Of a stretch of DNA of 33,397 nt, positions 32,051 through 33,397 are shown piece after piece. Made by a program: the position numbers and the translations under genes. Below the pieces are notes generated by a model. That model ran no database searches and was not told where the DNA came from. It saw nothing but the letters and a program-made list of their open reading frames with translations. The number at the start of each line of letters is the position of its first letter. Position 1 is the first letter of the stretch. The stretch is from a virus (taxonomy: Duplodnaviria; Caudoviricetes): IMG/VR virus record IMGVR_UViG_3300016666_000113, positions 1-33,397 of that record; one strand, 5' to 3'.

Positions 32051-32349
32051 TCAGTCACCCAAGGAAGTCCGTTAGCAACCACAGGGGCTTTCTGAGCATT
32101 GATCTGAGCAGTCAAAGCAGCTTCCACAGCCTCTTTGTCTACCTTGCTCCAAACCCAACCCAATACAGTCTTTTGTGTCAGGGTGTCGTAGTTAACAAAG
32201 CTGTCACCACGCTCTAGGGCTTGAGTGTTCACGATACCAGCAGAATAGTCACCGTCTACGGCTGAAGCGCCCCAATGCACTACGGTTACAAGACCATCAG
32301 AGGTTTGACGTTCTAGGTTGTTGACCTGCCAATTTATTTCGATTGTCAT
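32047..32349 (-). CDS. Putative tail-fibre-associated protein/chaperone
   Basis: 100 aa; W.V..LER...DG.V..VHW, Y..LT...VLGWV, GLPW; ATGA-coupled to the tail fibre. Confidence 0.65.
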   Translation of the reverse strand: MTIEINWQVNNLERQTSDGLVTVVHWGASAVDGDYSAGIVNTQALERGDSFVNYDTLTQKTVLGWVWSKVDKEAVEAALTAQINAQKAPVVANGLPWVTE

Positions 32350-33375
32350 GCTTGCTCCAGTGCTGTGATTCGGTTTGTCAGGGTTTCAATGATGGCTTGT
32401 TGTTCTTGGATGGCTTTGATGAGCATTGGAACAAACACGCTGTATTTGACTTGTTTTGTTGTCGTACCAAGGTCGTTACCTTCCACATCACGGTCTGGAC
32501 TTTCATCAACCATACTTGGAAAAACTTGTTCCAATTCTTGAGCAATAACGCCAAGTTGTTTTTGTTCTGGCGCATTTTTCAGGTTGTAATTACGGACACG
32601 CACCTGCATCAAATCTGCAAGTTTTGGAGTTGTATCAGTGATGTTTTCTTTCAGTTTTATATCTGAAATAGCGCCATAGCTGTTGTTGGTGTTTACAACG
32701 TTACCGTTTGACCAAACAATAAAAGAGTTTGTGCCAGAACCTGTATCGCCAGCAGTTGCGCTATATCTAGCAATAAATACAGCCGTAGAAGTCCCTGCGG
32801 CGGCGGTCACAGCTGAGGAAAGACCATAATTTAGTGTGGCTACATTTTTGAATGTACCGTTGGAGTCGATACGGGCACGGGTTACAGGCGTGTTGTCACT
32901 TGACGCTGTGATGAAGTCGATACTGTAATAGCCACCGTAGTCGGTTCTGGCTTTAAGCAAGAGACTGCCGTAGGTTGTCTGACCCCAAGTTGCAGACGAT
33001 GTATATGCGCCAGCAAGCAGAGACAATGTGCTGCCGTTAACGTAGGCAAACCCTAAACCATGACCTGGGCTGCCAATGTTTAAAGTTGTTCCTGGGGTTG
33101 TAGTCCCAATACCTAATTGCCCACTAGCATCAAGCGTCATTGCTTGGGTGAAGCTGATTGAGTTACCTGCTGTGCCTGAGGCTGCGTTATACCAACGATG
33201 TTGACCGCTAAATTGCTGATAATACGATGCGTAGTCTGAAGTCATATATTTAAATACAGACCCATCATAATAATTATTTGCAGACAAAGTAGTGTTCTGA
33301 GAACTAGTCGGCGCATACACAGCCGCAGTACCTATCTGCATAGCTTTAACAGCACTCCAAGCACTAGGCGTAACA
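32346..33375 (-). CDS. Tail fibre, C-terminal part with peptidase S74 intramolecular chaperone
   Basis: SDIKLKENI, LGVIAQELEQVFP..V, VKYSVFVPMLIKAIQEQ...LTNRITALE; in frame with 1-317. Confidence 0.88.
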
Positions 33376-33397
33376 CCAAGACCTAAGTTGCCAGAGG
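33376..33397. repeat. Terminal direct repeat, right copy
   Basis: Identical to bases 1-22. Confidence 0.95.

Overview
The window is an apparently complete, circularly permuted genome (about 33,375 bp) of a short-tailed, podovirus-like dsDNA phage. Bases 1-22 are repeated exactly at 33376-33397, and the tail-fibre gene reads in frame across that junction. Embedded Rz/Rz1 spanins indicate a Gram-negative host; a freshwater Betaproteobacterium is my impression from the gene families and cannot be shown from the sequence. Transcription diverges at about 24.55 kb. The rightward early arm (24.6-29.2 kb) has ERF, a YqaJ/lambda-exo nuclease, an SSB-like protein, an RNAP alpha-CTD mimic, an HNH-AP2 endonuclease and a modular 'QEPVA' protein. 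The leftward arm (24.5-19.1 kb) has MazG-like, DUF1376 replication initiator with internal iterons, C5 DNA methyltransferase, VRR-NUC-like nuclease and NinB genes. A late operon from about 19.0 kb runs through small basic proteins, a glycosyltransferase, an FkbM methyltransferase, terS, terL, portal, scaffold, capsid, a second glycosyltransferase, tail proteins, three ejection proteins and the tail fibre, and wraps round to a large lysis/envelope block. I see no integrase, CI-type repressor, DNA polymerase, helicase, tRNA or CRISPR array. Most notable: (1) a C5 methyltransferase with a 238-aa second polypeptide in another reading frame carrying the missing motif IX; (2) an unannotated secreted 4-Cys mini-peptide; (3) two glycosyltransferases plus an FkbM enzyme in the virion operon, near a Ser/Thr repeat protein; (4) a 24-aa motif shared by two unrelated tail proteins; (5) a c4-like RNA and a duplicated leader hairpin with a compensatory base change; (6) a repeat-bounded modular gene interrupted by an HNH endonuclease. 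All family calls come from motif recognition by eye; no searches were run.
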